From an uncultured Hormoscilla sp. (lineage in GTDB: Bacteria; Cyanobacteriota; Cyanobacteriia; Cyanobacteriales; Desertifilaceae): a stretch of DNA of 64,000 nucleotides. The DNA is taken from positions 2,208,001-2,272,000 of the forward strand of contig OZ001293.3 of assembly GCA_963921275.4 (NCBI GenBank), given 5' to 3'. The notes under the pieces were generated by a model. That model was not told the origin of the DNA, did no database searches, and saw only the letters and a program-made list of their open reading frames with translations. A program made the position numbers and the translations under genes. This document shows positions 22,344-34,116 of this stretch, one piece after another; within the stretch, counting starts at the first letter, position 1, and each line of letters opens with the position of its first letter.

Positions 22344-24914
22344 ATGGTTGAAGGTTATGAAATGTTTCCACATATTCAGTTTAAGCAGCCAACGGAGGGA
22401 CTTGCTGCATCTACTCGAGGATCGAGAAGGAAAAATTCTCGCACAGAGTCGAATAAGAGTAACCGAGAGGAACATGGCAGTAGGCTGAAGGGTGTCGCTG
22501 ACTCTATAGTTGCTGACTGGGAAAAGGCCCAAGAGCAACGACAAGAAGAAGAAAAACCGCTACTTGAAGCTAGGCGTCTTACCTTACAGACGGATCCTGA
22601 ATCTTTCGATCCAGATAAGCTGAAAGCTTATGGCATTAAGGTGATTTCAGAATTAGAAGATGGGTATATCATCGGAGCTTCAGCAGATTTAGAACTGACT
22701 GAGTTGCAAAAAAAGATCGAGAAATTCATCAACAGTCAGCATGGAGGAGGTAATGTTGCTGAAGTTTGGGAGCTAATTGATGGAATTAAAAGCCCGGAGT
22801 TTATTCTGTCTCCTGAATTATGGGATCATTGGGATAAAGTTAATGACGAACAGATATACACTATTGATGTAGGAATTGCCTGTTTAGGACCTCAATCTAA
22901 GCTTTCCGACCCTCCAAAGCAAAAACCGGATGAAAGTAATGAAGAATTAGTGACAAGAATAAATAACTGGATCGATAAACGCGATCTACAATATCAAAAG
23001 TGGGATGAACTATATTTGAAAAGACAAGATGAATTGGAAGAGTTTATTAATAATTATAACGGAAATTTACTTAGTTTAGTTGAAAATCGTATTCCCGAGT
23101 CTGCCAAGTTACCAGATAGTTTTTCCTGTCGCATACAAATTTCAGGTAAGGGGTTAAAAGACTTGGTTTATAACTTTCCCTATATTTTTGATGTCAGCGA
23201 ACCAGATCAGTTTGCCGAACTCGTGCAAAAACAAGGTTTATCTGATGGTGAAGACCCCCTTTTTCAGCTAGAACCACCTGACCAAAATGCTCCCAATATC
23301 TGTGTTATTGATAGTGGGATTCAGGAAAGACATCCTCTTTTGAAAGCAGCAATTGATTTAGAGAATTCAAAATCTTGGTTGCCTGGAAATCAATTTACTG
23401 CTGACTATGTTAAAGATGGTGGACATGGAACCAGGGTCGCTGGGGCGGTACTTTATTCTCGCAATATACCTCGGACTGGGAAGCAACCAGCTATTTGCTG
23501 GATTCAAAATGCGAGAGTCCTTGATGATAACTGCCAACTACCTAAAAATCTATTTCCCTCTAATATGTTGGGGGAGATTGTTGAGTTATATAACAGTCAA
23601 ACAGGAACGAGAATTTTTAATCATTCTATTACCGGGTCCGTTCCATGTCGCACCGGTTCCATGAGTGCTTGGGCAGCGACGATCGATCAACTGACGTGGC
23701 AAAAGGATATTCTCTTGATTGTGGCGGCTGGTAACTTGCCTTCATACGGTATAATTGGTCCAACCAGATTATCGATTGCAGAACATCTGGCAGCAAACCG
23801 ACCTTATCCAGATTATCTTTTAGAGGCGGCGTGCCGAATTGCGAACCCGGCACAAAGTTTCCAAGCTTTAACCGTGGGATCGATTGCTCGTAATTATTAT
23901 CAGGCTCCGTCTTATTCTTCAATAGCGCAGAAAGATATGCCTTCAGCGTTCTCGTGCTCGGGATTGGGAATTTGGGATACGATCAAGCCAGAAGTTGTTG
24001 AATATGGGGGCGATCTGGTAAAGGATGAGGGTGTACCACCTAAGCTTACCTACCATGAAAGTATTTGTCTTGAATTAGTGCGATCTACATTAAACGGTGG
24101 TCCTGCAATTGCCTCAGACCAAGTAGGAACCTCATTTGCAGCGCCAAAAGTCTACCATATTGCAGCTCGTCTCGCCTCTGAGTTACCTGAGGAGAGTTGT
24201 CTTTTGTACCGCGCCTTAATAGTTCAGTCAGCACGCTGGCCAGAATGGAGAATGGCAGATAATGTAGATCAACTGCATGTATTGCGTCAAATAGGTTATG
24301 GTATTCCCAATCTTGAACGCTGTTTAGGCAATTCTTCCAATCGGATCACCATGATTACTAGAGGAGAAAGCCGAATTCAAGCTCGACAAGCTCAGATTTA
24401 CGAAGTCAAACTACCAAATTCATTGCGTTCTCCAGGAGATGAGTTAGAGATTTTAGTGGAAGTTACCCTGTCATACAAAGCTCAACCCCGTCGAACCAGA
24501 TGACATCGACGCAAATATCTTTCAACTTGGCTTGACTGGGATTGTAGTAAGAGAGGAGAAGACCCCAAAAGCTTTTTTGCCCGACTTTTGAAAGATCGTG
24601 ACGCCCCAAAGGATGCGGAACCGAGAGAAGATATTTTCAAGTGGACCCTGGGAAAGCAAAAGAATCACGGAAAAATCAAGGATGTTTCTCGGGGTGCAGG
24701 AACTATTCAGAAGGATTGGACTGTTGTCAAGTCATTTGAACTGCGAGAATCTTTCTGTATTGCAGTAGTTGGACATCAAGGTTGGAACAACGATCCTGAT
24801 GCTAGCGTTCCCTATTCTCTAGTTGTTAGCTTTGAAGCGATCCAAGCTAATGTACCAATTTATCAGGAAATATCCTTAGCTCAAGTACAGATGGAAGTTG
24901 TCGATCGGGTATAA
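22344..24914 (+). pseudogene. S8 subtilase-family protease (IetS-like) with one in-frame TGA at 24501-24503
   Basis: Triad ICVIDSG / GHGTRVAG / GTSFAAP. The frame continues RRTR*HRRKYLSTWLDW into the 24588-24914 ORF. Confidence 0.88.
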
Positions 24915-25349
24915 ATTTAATCGACAGAGAGGATCTCAATACTTCTCGGTCAATAATCTGTCATTGCGATTTTTCGCGCAGCGTGGGGGGGAAACCAAAA
25001 CCGATATCTTAGGTATTATAGTCTGGCCCCCCGAAGCAATCTCACGCCTCGTCGGGGAGATTGCTTCGGGGGGGAATACCTGCTGGATATGATGTAAATT
25101 ACATCGATCGTCACCTCACCTCTCTAATGGTATTAATTCCTGCTTTCACAATCAACCACAATGCACGTGTCAATAGTTCTTATGAGTAAATTAAATATCG
25201 GGGAATTCTCAAATAAAATTTTGAGGATCCCCCGATTAAGGTTTTGCAACCTCTATAGCAAGCTTGATTCTTATGTGTCAACAATTCTGGAAGTGCCGCC
25301 TGCCGTTGAAACTCTTTGTCAGGTATTGCACGACCCAAGACTCGCTATA

Positions 25350-25898
25350 TTACATAAACGCACATACTGGGTATGTTTCATACAGTCGAAAAGCAATCGT
25401 TTGGTATTCAATGATCCCGTTTCTGACGACAAAACTGTCCGTTCCATCGTAGGCATGGCCATTTGGGGGCGTGTAGTTCCAAGTAATGTACATAACTTCG
25501 CCTTCGATCGTTTCGGGAGCGATTATATTATTGTCATCTGCAAATATCTCAAAAAGACTGTCAAAAACGCAGGCTACTTGGTCAATACCCTTGTAAACTG
25601 TGTGGTTGAGAATCAAGATGGAGTCTTCCGAATAGTCAGATACAATGTCCTCTAGGTCGGAGTTGTCCCAGGCATTAATGTGGTGTTCCCATACCTTTCT
25701 CGTTTCCTCTGTCGTTTCATCTGCAAGCCAGAGATAATAGGCCGCCAAATTGGCGTTCAAGCTCAGTTCCGCGTTCCCAACAGAAGCATCCGCAAGGACT
25801 GGATTTGAAAAACACGCGAAGCAAAGCCCGATCGCGATCGCAGTTAATATCCCGGCTTTTAACCACTTCCAAATCCCCAAAAGATTTATAGAAATCAT
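25350..25898 (-). CDS. Secreted SnoaL/NTF2-like fold protein
   Basis: Signal-like N-terminus; HHINAW...DLEDIVSDYSEDS...G.D...DSFVVRNGIIEYQT. Confidence 0.7.
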   Translation of the reverse strand: MISINLLGIWKWLKAGILTAIAIGLCFACFSNPVLADASVGNAELSLNANLAAYYLWLADETTEETRKVWEHHINAWDNSDLEDIVSDYSEDSILILNHTVYKGIDQVACVFDSLFEIFADDNNIIAPETIEGEVMYITWNYTPPNGHAYDGTDSFVVRNGIIEYQTIAFRLYETYPVCAFM

Positions 25899-27586
25899 CG
25901 ACTATCTCCTTCACAATGCTTTTTCCAGAGAACGCTTGGTTCTCTAGGAGAGCGAGTCGGAATCTAGTTATCGCTCTTATCCGACTCGTCCTAACCCTGG
26001 AAGATGCTTGAGTTAGGACTTCCTAACCTAACTCGATCTTACACATACTCCGCCTTGATGGTAATCGACGGGCTGTTGTCGAACACCTTGATGAAACTGA
26101 TGTTGATGTCCATGTTGTAATACCAGGCGTTGCTGCCAGAATTATTGAGAGCATCGGCCCGTTCATTGGGATAGCCATTGACTATCGGTTGCAACTGTTG
26201 CCCCCTGATGCTAACGCTCTTCAACGGACCATTGCTTCCCTTATGTTCCCCCGGATCGTGCAATACTGCCACGAAGAAATGCTTCTCGAAGGGCGGCGTA
26301 TATCCGTCGTAGATGCGCTCCACTTTAATTTCCCGCGTCTTTTCGCTAGTGTAGCTGTGGGTAATCTTGGTCTCGCGATATTCGTCCTTGGCGTTGGGAT
26401 CGTCCACCTCTGCTTGTGGGGCAGAAGAACGGCTCACCCCATCGTCCAAATACATGTGGTATTCCCCTTCCTTCCCTGGATAAATATTCAGGGTAATGGG
26501 ATTGGGCTTACCTTCCGCATTCAATTGTCCCACATATTGTTTCAGTTCGATGATCGGAATGATTGCCCCTGCCCGGACGTGGATCGGAACAATAAAGTGA
26601 ATGTGATCGCCATTGGTATTGATGTTGGCATCAAAATCCCGTATCGTTGTGCCCCCTTCTACCGCAGCACCAAGAGGCATAACGTTGTCCACAAAGCAAT
26701 ACCAGTTGCTACCTTTGGGCACATAGACATCCCGCCGGCCATTGTTGTTGTCTTCAGATTGAGGGTGCAACACTGGAGCAATAAGCAGATCCTTGCGAAC
26801 GAAGAACTCGTTGTTCAGGAATTGGTCTTTATCATTGTAGAGGGATTCATCTTGGGGATCGTTGAGGAACAAGGAGCGGCAGATGGGCATCCCATTCAGG
26901 GTGTTCTCAAACAATGCGTCATAGAACAACTGCATCAGCCGGTAACGCAATTGAATGTAATGCCGGCAAATCGGCAACACCATCTCATACAAGTCTCGGG
27001 GTTCTGGGATATTGCCGCCGATATGTTCGTAAAACCAATCTACATACTGGAATGGTTCTTGGAACTCATTGCGCCCTTTGCGGACGTAGTGGTTGCGGAA
27101 CCAGGGTAAGAAAGCACCAGCCGCAGTCCAGCGGATCAGCAGTTCTGGACTTGCCCACTTGCCCCGATCGATTTCCCCCTCTTCAAAGCCGCCGATATCT
27201 TGCCCCGTGATTGCCAAGGCATGCATCCCTAGAGACAGGACTTGGGAGATATTCATCTGGAGGAAATCCCAGTCAGAAGAGTTATCCCCCGTCCACAAGC
27301 CAGCATATCGGTGAGAACCAACATAACTGCCCCGTCCGATGATAAAGTTGCGTTTGTTCTCCCGTCCGGGCAGTTTATTGAGTCCTTCGTAGGTGGCTTT
27401 GTGAAGATTGTAGGAGTACAAGTTCCAGACTTTGAGGGCTGGCTTCAACTCCAGTTCTCCTTGGAAATCGCTGCTCACATAGAGCTTGAAGGGGAAGCCC
27501 TTCATATCTCCACGGGAGTCGCGGATCGCCGGGGTGGTCATGTCCTGCCAGACAAATTCTAGCCCCTGCTCAAACAGGTATGTATA

Positions 27587-28598
27587 ACCTAAGTTGCGAC
27601 CTATTAAAAAAAATATGAATTACCCACTTAGACTTTACAGATATTTGGGATATTTCGTAGCTTTTGATACAAAATTATATTTTTTTTGTGCTAGACGGCG
27701 GGTTGGCTGTTTATAGGTTATAATGTACTAAAATAATAGTTAATTGCTGGGGGATGTAGATGATGGAAGATATGATTACAACAATTTTTGTTCTTTGTGA
27801 CGAGCTACTAAAAGCGTTAAATATAAAAGAAGATCCACAAGTAAAAATGAACAATGCCGAAGTGATGACAGTCGGATTAGTTGCTGCATATTTTTTCGGA
27901 GGACACCACGATCGCTCTTGTCAATTTATGGTCCAACACAAGTATATAAAAAATCTGTTAAGTAAAAGTAGGTTCAATCGTCGATTACACAATATTGACG
28001 AACCAATTTGGATGTTTTTCTTCCAAGTTATAGCTCAAACATTTAAAGAGCTCAATCCGGGTCAAGAATATATTCTTGATAGTTTCCCGGTGCCAGTATG
28101 TGATAATATTAGGATTGATAGATGCCAAATTTATAACAAGAAAGAATATCGAGGGTATATTGCCAGTAAAAAACGTTATTTTTATGGATTAAGAGTTCAT
28201 ATGTTGGTAAACAAAAATGTAAAGCCAATAGAATTTTATCTAGATCCTGGTAGTTATAATGATGTTAAAGTTTTACAATCTTTTGGCTTTGACTTACCAT
28301 CAAATTCAATAGTTTATGGAGATAAAGCTTATAATGATTATCAATTAGAGGATTTACTAAAAGAGTCGTCAAGTATAATGTTAAAACCTTTGCGAAAAAA
28401 GAACTCAAAAAGAAAAGAATCTTCTTGTTTTGAATATATACAAAAAGTAACAATAAAACAAGTTGAAACCTGTTTTATTTGAATCACAAATTTGTTTCCC
28501 AAGTCAATTCATGCTGTTACATCTAAGGGATTAGAGTTGAAAATAATTCTCTTTATCATAGCTTTTTGTATCCAATTTTTATAGGTCGCAACTTGAGT
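27587..28598 (+). mobile_element. IS982-family insertion sequence, 1012 bp
   Basis: TIRs ACCTAAGTTGCGACCTAT / ATAGGTCGCAACTTGAGT; 8-bp TSD TATGTATA at 27579-27586 and 28599-28606; AT-rich. Confidence 0.92.
27760..28584 (+). pseudogene. IS982 DDE transposase with premature TGA at 28480-28482
   Basis: LDSFPVPVC, YFYGLRVH, YGDKAY. The frame continues ITNLFPKSIHAVT to TAG at 28582-28584. Confidence 0.85.
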
Positions 28599-30140
28599 TA
28601 TGTATATTGCTTGCCCCACCATTCACGGACTTCTGGCCGGGCTAGATCGGCGTAATGCCCCGGAGTTCCCAGTTGGTTCCCGGCGGCATCTTCTCCATAG
28701 TAAACTTCGCCAATGTAAGGTTCGCCACTATTGAAACCTTCAACCCAGCCATTATTGGGACAGAATTCATGACCGCTACCGTAGATTTGGTAGTATTTGC
28801 TCTCGGGATTGTCCGCATCGTAACGCTTGTCGATCACAAAGTAGTCTTTTTCTAGTCCCTCCTTGTAGGTTGGGTAGTAACCTGGGTTGTCCTCATCTTG
28901 TTTGCTGATCACCGGGGTGATGTTGGTGCTGCACTTGACACCTTGCGATCGCAACCAACCGAACATTTCCTTTGGGCTGTCGAAGGTTTTCTCGTAGGGG
29001 CTGTTCTTATTGTAGATGTAATCCGGCTTGATGGTGAAAGTCCGGTAGTTATCTTGGATATCGACGTCCACCGCGAGGCCATCAAGGGGAATGTCATAAC
29101 TCCGGTATTTTTCTACAATCCACTTGAGGTCAGCCGCACATTCGTACCCATAGCAACCTTGGTGACATCCTAGGGCGTAACGCGGTTTCAACTCGGCGCG
29201 GCCAACAATGGCGGTAAAGCTATCCAAGATGTTCTTCGGGTCTTCTCCCAAGAACACATAGTAGTCAAGATCCCCAAAGCGGGTGCCGAACATATAGCGA
29301 CTGGAGTTGCTATAGCCGATATCGATGAAGACTTGAGAGGGGTTGTCCAGGAGAACCGCATTGACGTTTTTGCTACCGGGAATGCCATTGAACTCGTAAA
29401 AGAACGGCTCCGAGTGGTAAAGAGGCTCCCGGTTATCTAACGGTCCGCGATCGTAGACCTGTCGATAGCGCATATTATCGAAGTTGAAATAATTTAACTG
29501 GTCGCTATTTTTTTGGAGTTTTGTTCCCCCTTGTTCCCCAAACCCGATATATTTGCCGTTGGCTGGTTTCTTGACCGCTTGGATGACGGCATAATCCTCT
29601 TTGCCATGCGGGGTATAGTAAATTGCCGTGTCTGCGGTTTGCCAGACGGTAATTTTTGCATATTCCGCATTGGATGGGGAGTTGTTGAATACTTTGATTC
29701 CGAAGGGAGCCAAGGTGACAACCACTTGCATCACGATGGAGTTAAATTCCGACTTCGTTGTCAAGACGATCTGGCCGTTGCCTTCTTGGCAATCTAGATC
29801 GAAGATATATTGTTGCCTGATTTCCTCGTCCGCCTCATCGAAGTCGCAGTGTTCCAGCAAGTGCGTGAAACTGCTGTATTCCGCCTCCGTTGACTTGGTT
29901 GGGTTAAAGCGCACCCGTAATGTATCGTTCTGAAGCACCTCTATCAACATCAGGCAATCGCTGCCATCGACCTTCTTAAATTTAAGGCTCAAAGTCTTTT
30001 GCTCTTTATTGAAGGAATGACCGACAGATGACCCCAGTTTGTCCCATTCTTGGTAGCGGCCAAAATATTCCTCGACCTTGAGAAATTTGTAAACGCGATG
30101 ACTTGGAAAAATTTCGTTGGACATTACTTGACTCTTCTCC

Positions 30141-30860
30141 TTAGTTAGAATTTTTTTTTGGGTGATATTCGATCGCCATCCATATGCAATCCGTCTCTGC
30201 ATAATACTGATGCCACGGATAGGTATATTGCTGGTTTTCGTGAACCTGACAAAATGGCACGATCTGGGTGTATCCCTCAGTCATCAAGAGGTCTTCATAG
30301 AGACTCTCAAAACTTTTCACCTTGAACTTCTGCATCCGTCCCTGTCCAAAGACTTGGGTGTGAATCTCCAGAAAGTCATGTTGGTTATGGATTGCACAAT
30401 CGGTACGGGAAGGGGCATACCAGAGGTTCACTTTGACACAGAACTTTTCTTGGTGACTGGGCGCACTTGATTGCCTGGCCATAAAATACGGATCCACTTC
30501 TATGATTCCCGCCTCGTCTTGGGGAGACTTCCATAGCGGGATGTCTGTGGGAAAGTTCGTGTCTGGGAAGTTACCCAATAGATCCCACCCTGGCTCAAAG
30601 ACAATCTTGCCGATATTGTTGGTCTCTACCACTGAGAGCAAAAGTAAGGACTTTGCTTTTTCGATGGTAGTATCTTTGAGTATAGTCGATGAAAAAGCCG
30701 GAATTATGCTGACGTTTGCTTCCTTCAGGTAAGCATCAGTTTCTTCGGGGTTGACTGCGATTGTACGGTTCTGAATGGGATAGTTTTCCACATTTTCAAC
30801 GCATTTCGCGTCTATGTACGCACCGGAAAAGTTAATGACTTTGACTTGGTTAGTTGTCAT
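30141..30860 (-). CDS. Cupin-type protein resembling the cupin region of aldos-2-ulose dehydratase
   Basis: NLWYAP..TDCAIHNQHDFLEIHTQ and YPWHQY His/Glu metal motifs; ends 16 nt before the glucan-lyase-like start. Confidence 0.6.
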   Translation of the reverse strand: MTTNQVKVINFSGAYIDAKCVENVENYPIQNRTIAVNPEETDAYLKEANVSIIPAFSSTILKDTTIEKAKSLLLLSVVETNNIGKIVFEPGWDLLGNFPDTNFPTDIPLWKSPQDEAGIIEVDPYFMARQSSAPSHQEKFCVKVNLWYAPSRTDCAIHNQHDFLEIHTQVFGQGRMQKFKVKSFESLYEDLLMTEGYTQIVPFCQVHENQQYTYPWHQYYAETDCIWMAIEYHPKKNSN

Positions 30861-31224
30861 TTGTTTGTGAGAGAGATTTCCAAGACCCTTTTAGGCCACT
30901 CTAACTGAACCGATCTCGCGATCGCTGGCTTAACTGCCCTTATGTTTCGGGGTGCATCTTCTGTATTGTTTGTATTGTTAATTTCGGCGATCGGTGCCTT
31001 TCAGGAAAGGCACCGATCGCAGGAGCGAAAGCTGCTAGCTTTTGCCCAACAACGAGTCTAGGGCTAAAGTGAGATGCACCGGACACCTTGTTTCTAACTT
31101 CGATTATCATCGTATCACAGAGAATGTCTTTTTCTCAACCAACTACATATTTTTCTTATAGCAATTATCTATTTATATCATATACTAATTTCTATGGGTG
31201 ATTGCAGATGCCAAAGTGAGATGG

Positions 31225-32093
31225 ATGGGGTCGAGCCGGGAATCGCTTCCCGACCCTCCCTTGAGGAACCGGACTTGCGATTTTCACCGCATCCGGCTAC
31301 TGGGTACTAGGCCCTTTTCATAGGTAGACTTAATAGGAATTACTTCCGTTAGCCCTTGCCGCCTGTCTTTTCTTCCCTTTCCTGGTTTAGCGAGTGGTTG
31401 TTCTGATAACCGTTAGTATCACCATTTTCAAGTCAGTTTTACCAGTTATCCATACCTTATCCTCCACTTGCGTTTCGGATTAGTTCCGTGGCTTTTTAGG
31501 ATTACTCATTCCAGCAGCTTCCTAGTATCACCGACCCACGTCAGCGCTGGCTACCCAGCATCATCTACATTACTGTAGATGTTATCCCAGGAATTACCCC
31601 GGGCATTCGCTTCTTGGGCCATCCCTCCCCCCGTGGCTTGCGCTTAACATCTAACTTGTCCTGATGGACAGCACACGAGAGGTTACTTCGTTCCCTAACA
31701 ACATTTCGCGATACCTTTAGGTCCACACTATACCCCGGGAGCTATTTGAGTACTATATTAGCCAGAGTCTAAAACTAATACTAGCTACCATTTCCTTTTT
31801 AGGCCAGCGCATATAGCCTTATTTCGCTGGTTCCTTATAACGAGGCTTGCACATGTTTGCCTGCTCTAACCTTGGATATCTTTCCTAGCGGCGTCACCGG
31901 CTTAGGCTGCCAGTTATCCTACATTTGAGTCCTCGCTTAGCACCACGATGATGTCGCTTCGTAGCACCGAGGACCGGTGTCACCCCCGTACCTGGGGGGA
32001 GGGGAATTTAACCCCCATGCGGTCAGAGTTCCCGGCTAATGAAACCGGGCTAGCGTTCCGTGTTTGACCACGTTAGGCTAGAACGAATCGCAC
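31225..32093 (-). mobile_element. ORF-less group IIB intron (type B, copy 3, 869 bp)
   Basis: Reverse complement of 1841-2711. 5' exon ends GAGTGT; 3' exon begins CCA. Confidence 0.92.
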
Positions 32094-32247
32094 ACACTCT
32101 ATATGGATCTCCTGGGTTTATAGCAAAAAATGTATTTTAATATACAATTTTTTTTCCAAGAAGGAAGGCTAAAACCCTTAATTTTGCGTACTCATAACCT
32201 TTACTTATCACCCAAAACCCAGGATCGGGGTAAACCCATCTAAATTG

Positions 32248-32320
32248 GTCGGGGTCGAGCTGGGAATCGCTTCCCAACCGGACCTTTCGGAACCATGGGT
32301 GCGACTTTCACCGCACCAGG
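32248..32320 (-). mobile_element. Isolated domain V-VI remnant of a related group II intron
   Basis: Reverse strand reads TGCGGTGAAAGTCGCA...GGTTCCGAAAGG...GGGAAGCGATTCCCAGCTCGACCCCGAC. Confidence 0.75.
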
Positions 32321-32879
32321 TCACTCAATTGACTTTGAAACACAAAGTCCCACAGAACTTGCTCTCACATTATTTGCTTGCGGCTTCCTCACACAGTCAG
32401 ATTACGAGATACTGGTAAAAGCAATTGCAATCTCAGACCGCGTGATAGAACAACAGGAGAAAGTAGCAGTTGCACAAAATTTTGCTGACCAAGCTTTTGA
32501 GGTGGTGCAGCGTCTTGTTCGCTTCCATTCCCAAGTATAGTAAGTTGGTCCCACGACACTGGGGAAGACCCAGATAAGGTTCTATCCTCTCGGGCCGCGC
32601 CACCAGGCAGCCCCCTATGCTAAATTAACACTAAGCCATGTTCATGTCGGACCGGGTCCGAAACGATAACTATGTCTCTGGGAAATTTGCGCGACCTCTA
32701 TCAACAAGTTATTCTAGAACATTACAAGAAGCCTCGGCATCGGGGTAAAACAGAACCGGTGCATCGGTCCCAGCGGGGACATAACCCCAGTTGCGGGGAT
32801 ACCATCGAGCTGACTCTGCAACTGAATGATGCACGCGATCGCATCTGTGATGTAAAATTCTCTGGGGAAGGCTGCGCGA
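32321..32879 (+). repeat. Near-exact 559-bp direct duplication of 33766-34324 (3' end of hypothetical gene, intergenic region, 5' part of sufU-like gene)
   Basis: Constant 1445-bp offset; accounts for ORFs 32295-32540 and 32672-32920. Confidence 0.95.
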
Positions 32880-32946
32880 CCATCACCCAGCTAGGAACGC
32901 GATTACTAGACCGGCGTTAGAGGACGATCGTCAAAACAATTGATTC

Positions 32947-33383
32947 ATGCATGAATTTATCGTAATAGGTAAACCAGTTTCCTTACAGTCAAATAATCGG
33001 ACTCTCCTGCGATCGTGGAAAGCTAAAGTATCTCAAGCTGCGGTCGAGGGCTGGCCAGCTGTGTCCCCCGGGAGCGCTACTCGCACTACCCGGGGGACAC
33101 AGCCGAGGCATCGCTAATTACATATTCAGTACAAGTAATTATTACTCACTATTATGAGAGTAGACCACCAGATATCGATAATATCATTAAGCCGATTCTA
33201 GATGGCTTAAATCTTTTAATATACATTGATGACAGGCAGATTACCGATCTGACAGTCAGACGACGTAAAATAAGGAGGGTTCAAACAATATCCGGCATAA
33301 TTGCTCAAGCCCTAGCAAAGGGACAAGAGTTTGTCCATGTTAAAATAGATACAGCACCTGCAATAACAGAGTTAAGCAAATGA
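32947..33383 (+). pseudogene. RusA-family resolvase-like nuclease, frameshifted by a 44-bp palindromic insertion (33059-33102)
   Basis: MHEFIVIGKPVS... and PDIDNIIKPILDGL...DDRQI; removing the insertion restores one ORF. Confidence 0.8.
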
Positions 33384-33985
33384 CTACAGCATTATCAAAA
33401 TTGTCAGATCCTATGAGCGACGAAATTGCCGATCGCTATAGACAGCAAGGTTATCGAGTTTTAGTGAAGCCGCGCGTGGCTCCCTTGACTGAATTTATTT
33501 CCAGAGCGGATCTAGATTACATTATCCACGCGGAAAAATCAGCGGTGATTGTAGCCTTAAAACCTTCTGATATCCGGCCTGTAGTTAAAGATGAATCTGA
33601 TAGCGAGCAAATACCAACATTGTATGATTATCCGGTGAGAGATTTGACAGATATTTCCATATATCAGTCGAGAGCAGGGTATCTAATAGCAAAAGGAGAT
33701 TTTGATGCAGCTGTTTGTGGTGCTGTGTTTATAGCTAAAGTAGTGATGCGGATGATAGCAGAACATCACTCAATTGACTTTGAAACGCAAAGTCCCACAG
33801 AACTTGCTCTCACATTATTTGCTTGCGGCTTCCTCACACAGTCAGATTACGAGATACTGGTAAAAGCAATTGCAATCTCAGACCGCGTGATAGAACAACA
33901 GGAGAAAGTAGCAGTTGCACAAAATTTTGCTGACCAAGCTTTTGAGGTGGTGCAGCGTCTTGTTCGCTTCCATTCCCAAGTATAG
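33380..33985 (+). CDS. Hypothetical protein (restriction-endonuclease-like N-terminus, helical C-terminus), start overlapping the RusA-like stop
   Basis: IADRYRQQGYRVLVKP...D motif; ATGA overlap at 33380-33383. Confidence 0.55.
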   Translation: MTTALSKLSDPMSDEIADRYRQQGYRVLVKPRVAPLTEFISRADLDYIIHAEKSAVIVALKPSDIRPVVKDESDSEQIPTLYDYPVRDLTDISIYQSRAGYLIAKGDFDAAVCGAVFIAKVVMRMIAEHHSIDFETQSPTELALTLFACGFLTQSDYEILVKAIAISDRVIEQQEKVAVAQNFADQAFEVVQRLVRFHSQV

Positions 33986-34116
33986 TAAGTTGGTCCCACG
34001 ACACTGGGGAAGACCCAGATAAGGTTCTATCCTCTCGGGCCGCGCCACCAGGCAGCCCCCTATGCTAAATTAACACTAAGCCATGTTCATGTCGGACCGG
34101 GTCCGAAACGATAACT

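Larger units (their letters stand above)
26039..30124 (-). pseudogene. GH31 enzyme of the alpha-1,4-glucan lyase type, interrupted by IS982
   Basis: Removing the IS and one TSD gives WWGKQYTYLFEQGLEFVWQDMTTPA in frame. Also DGLAVDVD, WTGDNS, GQDIGGF, FLPWFRNHY. Confidence 0.85.

Noticed and set aside
24501..24503. Selenocysteine or programmed readthrough in the S8 protease
   Set aside because: The Arg-rich context suggests a CGA-to-TGA change, it is not a catalytic Cys position, and I saw no SECIS-like hairpin.
25161..27562. Plus-strand ORFs 25161-25655 and 26189-27109, and similar antisense ORFs elsewhere
   Set aside because: Shadows of better-supported genes on the opposite strand with no recognisable motifs.
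32295..32920. Two independent small genes
   Set aside because: Both are chimeric products of the 559-bp duplication; the first start lies in an intron remnant.
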